This document shows positions 10,108 through 19,052 of a DNA stretch of 48,574 nt, one piece after another. How positions within the stretch are numbered: the first letter of the stretch is position 1; the number at the start of each line of letters is the position of its first letter. Origin of the DNA: Thermodesulfobacteriota bacterium. Its GTDB lineage: Bacteria; Desulfobacterota; SM23-61. The position numbers and the translations under genes are program-made. The stretch spans positions 1-48,574 of the forward strand of contig DASPRR010000337.1 of assembly GCA_035624375.1 (NCBI GenBank), in the 5' to 3' direction. The notes beneath the pieces were generated by a model, which saw only the letters and a program-made list of their open reading frames with translations, made no database searches and was not told where the DNA came from.

Positions 10108-10135
10108 TTGACAGAAAAAGAGCATAGATTATAGT
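10108..10135 (+). promoter_or_regulatory. Sigma70-like promoter candidate: TTGACA-16 nt-TATAGT
   Basis: TTGACA at 10108-10113 and TATAGT at 10130-10135, about 250 nt upstream of the livH-like start. Confidence 0.5.
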
Positions 10136-10387
10136 CTTTTTGGGTAAATTTCATTCATCCAGGGAACCGGATGGAGACTTTGTCTTTTTCTCTGAGCGAG
10201 ATTCCCTGAAAGGTCTTGGAGAATTTCTCTCCGGTAAAGGAGATTCCAGAAGGAGCCGACTTCAAACCTTCATCGGCTGCCTTACTTTCCGATCGCGGTC
10301 AGAAAGAACAAGGATCCCTCCCTTGTCTCAGCCACCAGCGGATATGCTTGGGCTAAGGACAAGCCCTTAAGGGAAAGGAAATTTCTT

Positions 10388-11269
10388 ATGGATGCCATTG
10401 GGTCCACCATCGTCATTCAGGTCCTTCATGGTTTGGCCTACGGAATGCTCCTCTTTTTGGTTGCCTCCGGCCTTACCCTGGTCTTTGGCATGATGAGCGT
10501 TCTGAACCTGGCTCATGCCTCCTTCTACATGCTGGGGGCCTATTTCTCCTACCAGATGCTCAAGTGGGTCGGGAATTTCTGGATTGGCCTGATCCTATGT
10601 CCGATTCTGGTGGGCTTGCTGGGAATCCTGATGGAACGGTTTCTCCTCCGGCGGGTCCATGCGAGTGGCCACGTGCAGGAATTCGTTCTAACCGCTGGAA
10701 TCGCCTTTGTGGTCATGGAAGTGGTGAAGTGGGTCTGGGGGACAGAACCTCTCCCCGTGCCCATCCCCGCCGCTCTATCCGGCTCGCTCAATATCGTGGG
10801 AAACGTATACCCGGCCTACCGCCTTTTCATCCTCTTCTTCTCCATCGTGGTCCTGGCCTTTATGGCCTACATCCTGATGAAGACCCGTCTGGGCATTACG
10901 GTTCGCGCAGCCGTTGCAGACCGGGACATGGTCAGCGCCCTGGGGACGAATACCCCCTTCGTCTTCATGCTAGTCATGGGCATCGGGACCTGGCTGGCAG
11001 GGCTGGCCGGGGTCATCGCCGGGCCCTTCATCAGCACCTACCCTGGCATGGCCGGAGAGATCTTGGTGGATTGCTTCGTGGTCACCGTGACCGGAGGGCT
11101 TGGGAGCCTGGTCGGGGCGGTTGTTGCTTCTTTTCTCATTGGGCAGCTCTCCTCGTTCGGGATCCTTCTGATTCCCCGTTTTGCCATCGTCTTTGCCTTC
11201 CTGCTCATGGCTATCGTCTTGATCATTAAGCCCTCCGGGCTCTTCGGAGAAAAGGGGAGGGTCTCATGA
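10388..11269 (+). CDS. livH: Branched-chain amino acid-type (HAAT family) ABC transporter permease
   Basis: 293 aa, polytopic and hydrophobic, LivH-like. The stop overlaps the next start (ATGA). Confidence 0.88.
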   Translation: MDAIGSTIVIQVLHGLAYGMLLFLVASGLTLVFGMMSVLNLAHASFYMLGAYFSYQMLKWVGNFWIGLILCPILVGLLGILMERFLLRRVHASGHVQEFVLTAGIAFVVMEVVKWVWGTEPLPVPIPAALSGSLNIVGNVYPAYRLFILFFSIVVLAFMAYILMKTRLGITVRAAVADRDMVSALGTNTPFVFMLVMGIGTWLAGLAGVIAGPFISTYPGMAGEILVDCFVVTVTGGLGSLVGAVVASFLIGQLSSFGILLIPRFAIVFAFLLMAIVLIIKPSGLFGEKGRVS

Positions 11270-12192
11270 AAACGAAAAAGGGATTGCTGCTGGCCGTCGC
11301 CTTTGCGGTCTTTTTGATCCTATTTCCTTTCTTTGCCCCGAAATTCCAGTTGCGCATGTTCACAGAAATCATAATCCTTACCCTCTTTGCCATGACCTGG
11401 AAGATGATGCTCAATGAGGGAGGAATGTTCTCCTTCGGCCATGCGGTCTATTTTGGGTTAGGGGCTTACGCGTCCGTGCTCGGGTGGCTGCATATCCCCG
11501 GGCTCTCTTTTTTGAGCGGCATTCTCCTGGGGGCCCTGGTCTCGGCCCTGGTGGCTTTCCTCCTGGGTGCCTTCCTGGTGCGGATGAGCGGGACGTATTT
11601 CGCCCTTCTGACCCTGGCTTTCAATCAGCTCATCTGGGCCATCGTGTGGAAATGGCGCGATGTGACCGGGGGGGACGACGGATTGGGGAAGTTTCCCAAA
11701 CCGGACCTCTTCGGCCTGGCCATGAAAAATCCGGTGAGCTTCTATTATGTGGCCTTGGTCATCATCGGTATCGGCCTCTATATCTGCTGGTACTTCACCA
11801 AAACCCCCATGGGCAACGTGGCCCTATCCATCAAATCCAACGAGGAGCGGGCCAAGTTCGTGGGATTCAACGTGCAGGCCACGAAGCTGATCTTTTTGAC
11901 TCTCCTGGGTTTCCTGGCGGGGATTTCAGGGGCTCTCTACGCCCAGTTCCAGGAATTCATCGCCACCAGCGTGATCGATGGGATGATGTCCACCAACGTC
12001 CTCTTCATGGCTTACATCGGCGGCACCGGCTTTTTCTGGGGCCCTATCATCGGCTCGGGCATTTTCGTCTACCTTTCGGAATATCTGAGCAGCTTCACGG
12101 ACCGGTGGGAGTTGATCCTGGGCCTGATTTTCATCGCCGTTGTCCTCTTTGCCCCCCAGGGAATCATGGGGGTCGTGCGGAAGAAAAAATAA
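11266..12192 (+). CDS. livM: HAAT-family ABC transporter permease
   Basis: 308 aa, polytopic, LivM-like, with operon context. Confidence 0.88.
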   Translation: MKTKKGLLLAVAFAVFLILFPFFAPKFQLRMFTEIIILTLFAMTWKMMLNEGGMFSFGHAVYFGLGAYASVLGWLHIPGLSFLSGILLGALVSALVAFLLGAFLVRMSGTYFALLTLAFNQLIWAIVWKWRDVTGGDDGLGKFPKPDLFGLAMKNPVSFYYVALVIIGIGLYICWYFTKTPMGNVALSIKSNEERAKFVGFNVQATKLIFLTLLGFLAGISGALYAQFQEFIATSVIDGMMSTNVLFMAYIGGTGFFWGPIIGSGIFVYLSEYLSSFTDRWELILGLIFIAVVLFAPQGIMGVVRKKK

Positions 12193-12204
12193 GGGGGGGA
12201 AGCC

Positions 12205-12981
12205 ATGGCCGAAACGGCCGGGAAATTGGGGAATCCTATTTTGCAGCTACAAGGCATCTACAAGGATTTTGAGGGGCTGGAAGTCCTCTTCGGAATCAAT
12301 CTGGCGATCCAGCAAGGAGAACGGCATGCTATCATCGGGCCGAACGGGGCGGGGAAGAGCACCATTTTCAATATCATAACTGGAAAGTACCTGCCCAGCA
12401 AAGGCAACATCTTTTTCAAAGGACAGGATGTCACCGGGACCTCCCCTTACAAACTGAACCGGCACGGGTTGGCGCGCTCTTTTCAGATCACCAATATTTT
12501 CCGGACCATGACCGTTTTTCAGAATGTGCGCAATGCGATTCTTTCCAGGAATAAAATCCGTTACAATCTGTTCTCCCGTCTGGATCGGATGATGAACATC
12601 CAGGAACAGACCGATGAGGTCCTGGAGCAGATCGGGCTGCTGGATCGAAAGGACGTGGTGGCAGGGCTCCTTTCCTATGGCCAGCAGCGGGCCTTGGAGA
12701 TCGGGCTGACCATTGCCACGGAGCCCGAGCTGATTCTCCTGGATGAGCCCACGGCGGGCATGTCCTCCGAAGAAACCCGCGAGGCGGTGAAGCTTATCGG
12801 GCGGGTCACCCAGGGGAGAACCTTGATCATCGTTGAGCACGACATGGAGGTCGTCTTCAGCTTGGCCGACCGGATTACGGTTATCTATTATGGAGAGATA
12901 CTGGCCTCGGGCCCCCCCGATGAAATCCGGCAGAACCAAAAGGTAAAAGACGCTTATCTGGGGGAGGAAAAGGAGGAATAG
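12205..12981 (+). CDS. livG: HAAT-family ABC transporter ATP-binding protein
   Basis: Walker A GPNGAGKST, signature LSYGQQRALEI, Walker B LILLDEP. Confidence 0.92.
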   Translation: MAETAGKLGNPILQLQGIYKDFEGLEVLFGINLAIQQGERHAIIGPNGAGKSTIFNIITGKYLPSKGNIFFKGQDVTGTSPYKLNRHGLARSFQITNIFRTMTVFQNVRNAILSRNKIRYNLFSRLDRMMNIQEQTDEVLEQIGLLDRKDVVAGLLSYGQQRALEIGLTIATEPELILLDEPTAGMSSEETREAVKLIGRVTQGRTLIIVEHDMEVVFSLADRITVIYYGEILASGPPDEIRQNQKVKDAYLGEEKEE

Positions 12982-12984
12982 CCC

Positions 12985-13692
12985 ATGTTACTGGAGATCC
13001 AAAACCTGAACACTTTTTACGAGCAGAGTCACATCCTCCAGGGAATCTCCCTGAATATCGATACCGGAGAGATCGTATGCCTCCTAGGACGGAACGGGGT
13101 GGGTAAAAGCACCACTCTTAAGTCCATCATCGGCTTAGTCTCCCCCCAGTCCGGGGAGGTTCTCTTCAAAGGGCGGAACGTGGCCGGTATGCCGCCCTTC
13201 GATATAGCCAAGATGGGGGTGGGCTACGTCCCCGAAGATCGGAGGATTTTTCCTACTCTGAGCGTCAGGGAAAACCTGATCATGGGGATCAAACCCGGCC
13301 AGAAGAGCAACGGAGACGGCTGGAGCGTGGAAAAGGTATACAAATACTTCCCGGGTTTGCAGGCCCGGGACAAGCAGAAGGGCGGCTTCCTCTCCGGTGG
13401 CGAACAGCAGATGCTGACCATCGCCCGGACCCTCATGGGCAACCCGGAAGTCCTCCTGGTTGATGAGCCGACCGAAGGACTGGCTCCGCTGATTGTAAAG
13501 ACAGTGGAGCAGGTGATCCAGGACATCCACCAGCATAACATTCCCATTCTTCTGGTGGAGCAGAACATGCGTGTGGCCCTTCGCCTCGCGGGGCGAATCT
13601 ACGTCATGTCGAAGGGCAAGATTGTCTTCCATGGGACGAGTCAGGAATTAAAAGAGGCCCACGAGGTTCGTGAGAAGTACTTAGAGGTTTAA
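12985..13692 (+). CDS. livF: HAAT-family ABC transporter ATP-binding protein
   Basis: GRNGVGKSTT, LSGGEQQMLTIAR, LLLVDEP. Confidence 0.92.
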   Translation: MLLEIQNLNTFYEQSHILQGISLNIDTGEIVCLLGRNGVGKSTTLKSIIGLVSPQSGEVLFKGRNVAGMPPFDIAKMGVGYVPEDRRIFPTLSVRENLIMGIKPGQKSNGDGWSVEKVYKYFPGLQARDKQKGGFLSGGEQQMLTIARTLMGNPEVLLVDEPTEGLAPLIVKTVEQVIQDIHQHNIPILLVEQNMRVALRLAGRIYVMSKGKIVFHGTSQELKEAHEVREKYLEV

Positions 13693-13779
13693 GGGCAAAG
13701 GTCTAGGACACCAGCGGCCCGCTGGGGATGAAGGTTTTCCCGCTGGCCGTTCCAAAAAACCCAAGAGAGGAGAGAAAGA

Positions 13780-14985
13780 ATGGCCAAAAGAGTCCTTTTA
13801 TTTGTTTTTTTAATAGCTTTATTCACCTCGCCGGGCTGGGCTCAGGACACGGTAACCATGATTCAGTTGGACCCCCTGTCTGGACCCTTCAAAGATGTGG
13901 GTGACCTGTCCATTGCCGGAGTTCAGTTCTTGGTCGATGAAGTCAATGCCGCCGGCGGCCTTTTGGGGAAGAAGATCAAGTATATGCCCGAGGACAGCCA
14001 GCTCAAGCCCGACGTGGCGGTGCGTAAGGCCACCAAAGCGATCATGGAAGATAATGCCAAAATCATTCTTCAGCTCAGCTCCACCGCAGTGGCCCGGGCC
14101 TTGATGGATGTGGCGGAGAAAAACAAAGTCATTTTCGTAACCCTGGGGGCCGAGTCGGATTTCCTCACTGGCAAGGATTTCAATCCATATTTTTTCCGGA
14201 CCTGTTTTACCACCGCGAATCGTTCCAAGTCCTATGCGGAATTCTTCAAGACCAAACCCTGGCGGAAGGTTTACCTGATCAACATGGACTATGCCTTCGG
14301 CCATGCCGTAGCCGACGACTTTAAGGTCACCATGAAAAAAGAAATCCCGGATCTAAAGATCGTGGGAGAAGATTACCATCCCCTGGCGACTAAGGACTTC
14401 GGGCCTTACATCAGCAAGATCCTGGCTTCTGGCGCTGAAATCATCTTCACCGGAAACTGGGGAACGGACCTCGAAGTCCTGATCCGCCAAGGAACCCAAA
14501 TGGGGGTGAAGACCCGGTACGCAACTTATTTCCTGGATGACCGAGTCCGTCTCTCCAACATTGGCGAGTTCGCCGTGGGGAGCTTTGTAAACAGCACCTA
14601 TCTTCCCACCATCGACACCCCGCAGAATAAAGGCTTTTTGGAACGATGGCACAAGAAGAATAAAGACACCAAAGACCCCTGGCCCACCGCCCAAATCGGG
14701 TACGGCTATAACGGGGTGAGCTTCCTCTTCGAGGCGATCAAAAAGGCCAAGTCCTTTGATGCCGATGCGGTCATCAAGGCCTGGGAAGGCATGGAATACG
14801 GAAGCCTGGTGGGCAAGCAGATCATGCGGGCCTGCGACCACCAGATCTTGATGCCCGGGCCCGTCGGCGAAATCCAGGCTAAATCCAGCCTGTTCCCTTT
14901 CCCCTTCCCCGGAGCGCCGCTGATGGTTCCTATGGACAAGGTGGCAGTCCCCTTCAAAGAAACAGGGAACCCGAGATGCAAATGA
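13780..14985 (+). CDS. ABC transporter substrate-binding protein, Leu/Ile/Val-binding family
   Basis: 401 aa. Signal peptide MAKRVLLFVFLIALFTSPGWA, a PBP type 1 pattern, and position directly after livHMGF. Confidence 0.8.
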   Translation: MAKRVLLFVFLIALFTSPGWAQDTVTMIQLDPLSGPFKDVGDLSIAGVQFLVDEVNAAGGLLGKKIKYMPEDSQLKPDVAVRKATKAIMEDNAKIILQLSSTAVARALMDVAEKNKVIFVTLGAESDFLTGKDFNPYFFRTCFTTANRSKSYAEFFKTKPWRKVYLINMDYAFGHAVADDFKVTMKKEIPDLKIVGEDYHPLATKDFGPYISKILASGAEIIFTGNWGTDLEVLIRQGTQMGVKTRYATYFLDDRVRLSNIGEFAVGSFVNSTYLPTIDTPQNKGFLERWHKKNKDTKDPWPTAQIGYGYNGVSFLFEAIKKAKSFDADAVIKAWEGMEYGSLVGKQIMRACDHQILMPGPVGEIQAKSSLFPFPFPGAPLMVPMDKVAVPFKETGNPRCK

Positions 14986-15014
14986 AGGATTAATATTTGT
15001 TATGGGATGCTCGT

Positions 15015-15049
15015 AGGGATGGGAGGCCTTGTTCTTTCCATCCCTTTTT
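15015..15049 (+). terminator. Hairpin AGGGATGG-15 nt-CCATCCCT followed by TTTTT
   Basis: Read directly, 30 nt after the binding-protein stop. The loop is large, so the call is weak. Confidence 0.4.
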
Positions 15050-15079
15050 CATGCAGGAGAAAGGAGAAAAAAGGAGAAT

Positions 15080-15976
15080 ATGGCCATCAAAAAAATCAGT
15101 GTGATCGGTTTAGGGACCTTGGGAACCCAGATCGCCATCCAGGCGGCTTACTATGGTTATGAGGTTCGCGGGTATGACCAGGACCCTCAGACCTTCCAGA
15201 AAACCATCCAGAAGATTAAAGGGATGATGAAATTTCTGGGCAAAAACCCAACCATGGGTGCGGAAGAGTGGGAGAAGGGAGCCGGCAAGGTCAAACTGGC
15301 CAAAGATTTGGCTGAGGCGGTAAAGGATGGAGAATTGGTCATTGAGGTGGTGCCGGAAGTCCTCGAACTGAAGCGAAAAGTCTGGGGTCAGATCGATTCC
15401 CTGGCTCCGAAAGGGGCTCTTTTAGCCACGAACAGCTCTTCCATTCCCGTCTCCCGGATCGAAAGCGCCACCCAAAGGCCGGAGAAATGCATGAACATCC
15501 ATTTTTACCAGCCGGCAGTCGGCTGGAACATCGTAGATATGATGGGCGGAACCCAAACCCTTCCGGAGACTCTGGAGACGGCCAAGCAATTCATCCGGTC
15601 CATTCAGTGCATTCCGCTGACCGTGAAAAAAGAAATCCTGGGCTTCTGCTTCAATAGCGTTTGGCGGGCGATCAAGAGGCAAACCCTTTATCTATGGGGT
15701 GAGGGATTTGTCGACTTTCGGGATATTGACCGGGCCTGGATGGTGATGTTTACTCCGACTCATGGGCCGTTTTTCCTGATGGACCTGGTTGGCCTGGACG
15801 TGGTCTACGACATCGAAATATCCTACTACAACGAATCCAAGGACCCCAAGGATTATCCGCCGAAGGCGCTAAAGGACATGATCGAGCGGAAAGAACTGGG
15901 GGTGAAAACAGGAAAAGGTTTTTACACGTATCCGAACCCGGAGTTCGGCCGGCCCGAGTTTTTGAAGGGTAAATAG
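15080..15976 (+). CDS. 3-hydroxyacyl-CoA dehydrogenase (NAD-binding) family protein
   Basis: MAIKKISVIGLGTLGTQIA is a Rossmann motif. ATG 15080 lies 4 nt after AAGGAG (15071-15076), so it is preferred over the track start at 15029. Confidence 0.85.
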   Translation: MAIKKISVIGLGTLGTQIAIQAAYYGYEVRGYDQDPQTFQKTIQKIKGMMKFLGKNPTMGAEEWEKGAGKVKLAKDLAEAVKDGELVIEVVPEVLELKRKVWGQIDSLAPKGALLATNSSSIPVSRIESATQRPEKCMNIHFYQPAVGWNIVDMMGGTQTLPETLETAKQFIRSIQCIPLTVKKEILGFCFNSVWRAIKRQTLYLWGEGFVDFRDIDRAWMVMFTPTHGPFFLMDLVGLDVVYDIEISYYNESKDPKDYPPKALKDMIERKELGVKTGKGFYTYPNPEFGRPEFLKGK

Positions 15977-16030
15977 CGGGCGCGATGGGAAATGATGGGA
16001 GAAGGAAGGCCGGCATATAGCCGGAATATA

Positions 16031-16104
16031 GGGATGGTGGAAGGATGGAATTTGGGCTTATGCAAATTGGCGTAAAAACCGGCATTCCATCCTTTCACCC
16101 ATCC
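16031..16104. repeat. Long inverted repeat built from GGATGG-type words, between the convergent hbd-like and dnaJ genes
   Basis: GGTGGAAGGATGGAAT (16036-16051) versus ATTCCATCCTTTCACC (16084-16099): 15/16 complementary, and the mismatch is a G-U pair on the + strand. Further GATGGGA words lie at 15985-16000, with CCCATCCATC at 16098-16107. Confidence 0.75.
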
Positions 16105-16105
16105 A

Positions 16106-17167
16106 TCAATCCTCTTTTCCCTCGAGTGAAGCAAACTCTTTGAGCAGTTCCTTCTGACGCATGTTCAGCCTGGAAGGAACTTTGACCGTCACCTGGATGT
16201 GCTGGTCTCCCTTCCCATATCCGTCCAGATGAGGGATGCCCATTCCGCGCAGGGTGAAGACCTGGCCGCTCTGGGTTCCGGGCGGAACGGTGATTTTTTT
16301 GGTTCCGTTGAGGGTCGGGATTTCAATCTCTTCTCCCAGTGCGGCTTGGACAAAAGAAATAGGAATCTGGCAAAGAATATCATCCTCCCGTCGCTCAAAG
16401 AAGGAGTGGGGCTCTACGTGTAAAATGACGTAAAGATCCCCGGGCCGGCCTCCCTTTTCGCCCTCTCCGCCCTCTCCCGAAACTCGTAGACGACTCCCTG
16501 AATCCACCCCTGCCGGAATCTTCAAAGGAATTTTCTTAGTTTTTTTCACCCTCCCCGTTCCCCTGCAATCCGTGCAGGGATGGGGGATAAAAAACCCCTG
16601 TCCCCGGCAGCGGGAGCAGGTTGTTCGCAGGGTAAAGAACCCCTGAGTATGGGAAATCTGGCCGGTTCCTTTGCAGGAGGAACAGGTTTCTCTCTTGGTG
16701 CCCGGTTTTATGGCGGTTCCCTTGCAGGTTCCGCAGGTTTCCGGACGTTCGATATCAATCTCCATCTCCTTGCCTAGGGCCGCGTCCATGAAGGAGACGG
16801 TCAGATCATAGCGGAAGTCAGGCCCTTTCCTTGGCCCGGGCGACCTGCGGCGGCCGGTGCCGAATCCGAAGAAATCCTCGAAGATGTCGCCAAAACTGGA
16901 GAAGATGTCTTCAAAACCGGCAAAGCCGGAGAATCCCGTCCGGCTGATGCCTTCGTGTCCGTACCGATCATAGAGCTCACGCTTCTCCGGGTCTCGGAGA
17001 ACCTCGTATGCTTCGGATGCCTCTTTGAACTTTTCCTCTGCGGCTTTATCCCCGGGATTCCGATCCGGATGATGCTGGAGGGCCAGCTGGCGGTAGGCTT
17101 TCTTGACGTCCGTTTCATTGGCGTTCCGGGGCACGCCCAGGATTTCGTAGTAATCTCTCTTCACCAT
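16106..17167 (-). CDS. dnaJ: Molecular chaperone DnaJ
   Basis: [12 protein letters not shown]...HPDRNPGD J-domain, a G/F-rich region and four CxxCxGxG zinc motifs. ATG 17167 is preferred because the 40-codon upstream extension in the track ORF runs through an intrinsic terminator. Confidence 0.95.
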   Translation of the reverse strand: MVKRDYYEILGVPRNANETDVKKAYRQLALQHHPDRNPGDKAAEEKFKEASEAYEVLRDPEKRELYDRYGHEGISRTGFSGFAGFEDIFSSFGDIFEDFFGFGTGRRRSPGPRKGPDFRYDLTVSFMDAALGKEMEIDIERPETCGTCKGTAIKPGTKRETCSSCKGTGQISHTQGFFTLRTTCSRCRGQGFFIPHPCTDCRGTGRVKKTKKIPLKIPAGVDSGSRLRVSGEGGEGEKGGRPGDLYVILHVEPHSFFERREDDILCQIPISFVQAALGEEIEIPTLNGTKKITVPPGTQSGQVFTLRGMGIPHLDGYGKGDQHIQVTVKVPSRLNMRQKELLKEFASLEGKED

Positions 17168-17263
17168 TTTAGAAAGTGCTTCCTCCTTAAAAATATTAAC
17201 ATTCTCGCTGTTAATGTCAAGTTGGAGGGGTTGGAGAAGGATCTGAAGCGGCGCTTCTTTTCC

Positions 17264-17298
17264 AGAAAAAAAATAGGGGCGGTTCACGAACCGCCCCT
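17264..17298 (-). terminator. Rho-independent terminator of the DUF47 gene
   Basis: On the minus strand: AGGGGCGGTT-CGTG-AACCGCCCCT (17275-17298), followed by TATTTTTTTT. Confidence 0.8.
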
Positions 17299-17335
17299 GC
17301 TAGGCCAATAAAGAGATTGGAAATTTTGAGGAAAG

Positions 17336-17941
17336 TCAAGTCATCTTGACCACAATGTCGCCGATCAAGTTGGCGGCTTCATCCCCTCGGTCGGCGGCAT
17401 TGGAGAGATGACGGTAGATTTCCCGCATTTTTAGCATATAAACCGTATCCGTACCCTTGAAAAGTTCGGCCAGGGCCCGGTGGTAGGCGTTCTCCATTTC
17501 ATTCTCTGCGGCCTTAGCCTTGGTGGCGTGCTCCAGAGCGATGTTGGGATATTTCTGGATCAGGCGGATGGAATCGCTCAGCTCCCGGGCCGACTTGCGC
17601 AAGATGTCGATCATCTGGGCTACATGGCTGTTGGGTTTTACTTCATAGATTTCCATCTCGTCCACTGTGCGGTCGGCATAATCCATCACGTCGTCGATGG
17701 CCCGCGATAAAGAGAAGATATCGTCCCGGTCAAAAGGGGTCACAAAGGTCTGGTTGAGTTCTTCGATCAGGATGCGTCTCAACTCATCCGCCTCCTTCTC
17801 GATTTCCTTCACCCTTTCCCGCTTGGCGTCCACTCCCCCTTGGGCCCAGGCATGTAGGGCGTCGAGTCCTTCGAGGACTTTTTGCGCCTGGGCATGCAGC
17901 ATTTCACAGAAATCGCATTTCTTCTTCTGAAATAAGGCCAT
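17336..17941 (-). CDS. DUF47 / PhoU-like phosphate-transport regulator (TIGR00153 type)
   Basis: 201 aa, helical, with the ...PFDRDDI...DD..D pattern. It is paired with an adjacent PiT transporter, as is usual for this family. Confidence 0.8.
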   Translation of the reverse strand: MALFQKKKCDFCEMLHAQAQKVLEGLDALHAWAQGGVDAKRERVKEIEKEADELRRILIEELNQTFVTPFDRDDIFSLSRAIDDVMDYADRTVDEMEIYEVKPNSHVAQMIDILRKSARELSDSIRLIQKYPNIALEHATKAKAAENEMENAYHRALAELFKGTDTVYMLKMREIYRHLSNAADRGDEAANLIGDIVVKMT

Positions 17942-18007
17942 TTCGGGTTCCCTGATTTGATGGAGAGTGCATATAATATGCCAGATATGATTTTTTGTCC
18001 AGAAAAA

Positions 18008-19048
18008 TCAAAATAGGCCCTTGAAAAAGAGATAAAGAACGGCGGAGAGAATAGCCGACCCCGGAATCGTAATCATCCAGGTAAGAAATATTTGTTTCCC
18101 CACTCCCCATCGCACAGAACCGAATCCCTGGGCCGACCCTGCCCCCAGAATGGAAGAAGAGACAATCTGAGTGGTGCTCACAGGGAAACCAAGGAGCGAA
18201 GAAAGATAAATGATGATCGAAGCGCAGGCCTGAGCGCTGAACCCGTGGACGGGTCTTACCTTGTACAATTTTGTCCCCAGGGTCTTCATGATGCGCCATC
18301 CCCCGGAACTCACCCCCAGAGCCAGGGCCATAGAACAGATTAAGATTACCCATTTGGGGACGTAGAAGGAATATTCGGGGAGAGGCTCGTAAATCTTCCC
18401 CATCAGGTCCGGAGAAATCTTATGGAATATGATGAGGGAGAGGCTGATAATGCCCATACCTTTTTGGGCGTCATTGGTGCCGTGACTCAGGGCCAGGGTA
18501 ATCGAGGTCAGAATCTGGAGCTGTTTAAGGCGGGGGTTCGCCCGACTGGGCTTTGAATCCTGGAAAAGAACCAAGACTTTTTGGGTCAAATAGCGGCCAG
18601 CAATAAGACCGATTACCGGCGTAAGGACGAGGATGGCCAGGACTTCGGCGACCTTGATCCAATCAATCCATTCTCCTCCGGAGCCCGCCAAAACGGCCCC
18701 CACCAATCCTCCGATTAGGGCATGAGAGGAACTGGAAGGCATGCCGAAGTACCATCCACCCAGATTCCAGAGGATCGCCCCGCAGACCGCCGCGAATATA
18801 ACCGGCGCGGTGATGTATTGGGGGTTCACGATCCCTTTGCCCAGAGTCTGAGCCACCGCCGTTCCCAGAAACCATGCGCCGATGAGCTCGAAGAGGGCGA
18901 TCAAGAAAATGACCTTGCGGGGTTCCATAGCTCCGGTGATCACCGGAGTGACGACCATGTTGGCGCAGTCGTTGAACCCGTTGCTGAATTCGAAGACGAG
19001 GACGATGGCAATCAGCAGGATCGCCGTGGTCAAGACGTTGAATTCCAA
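18008..19048 (-). CDS. Inorganic phosphate transporter, PiT (PHO4) family
   Basis: FEFSNGFNDCANMV and HGTNDAQKGMGI are the duplicated PiT signature motifs. Polytopic. Confidence 0.92.
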   Translation of the reverse strand: MEFNVLTTAILLIAIVLVFEFSNGFNDCANMVVTPVITGAMEPRKVIFLIALFELIGAWFLGTAVAQTLGKGIVNPQYITAPVIFAAVCGAILWNLGGWYFGMPSSSSHALIGGLVGAVLAGSGGEWIDWIKVAEVLAILVLTPVIGLIAGRYLTQKVLVLFQDSKPSRANPRLKQLQILTSITLALSHGTNDAQKGMGIISLSLIIFHKISPDLMGKIYEPLPEYSFYVPKWVILICSMALALGVSSGGWRIMKTLGTKLYKVRPVHGFSAQACASIIIYLSSLLGFPVSTTQIVSSSILGAGSAQGFGSVRWGVGKQIFLTWMITIPGSAILSAVLYLFFKGLF

Positions 19049-19052
19049 AAAA

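Noticed and set aside
10564-11229. Long alternative-frame and antisense ORFs inside well-supported genes. Examples: 10564-11229, 11484-12272, 12247-12939, 24443-25489, 30236-30919, 30499-31527 and 46421-47449.
   Set aside because: Their translations are Arg/Gly/Pro-rich and low in complexity, with no recognisable motifs. They fully overlap genes with strong family signatures. These are typical shadow ORFs of GC-rich coding sequence.
16106-17287. DnaJ with a 40-residue N-terminal extension (track ORF start at 17287).
   Set aside because: The extension overlaps the intrinsic terminator of the upstream gene (17264-17298). The canonical J-domain start [12 protein letters not shown] at 17167 has an AGGAGG upstream.
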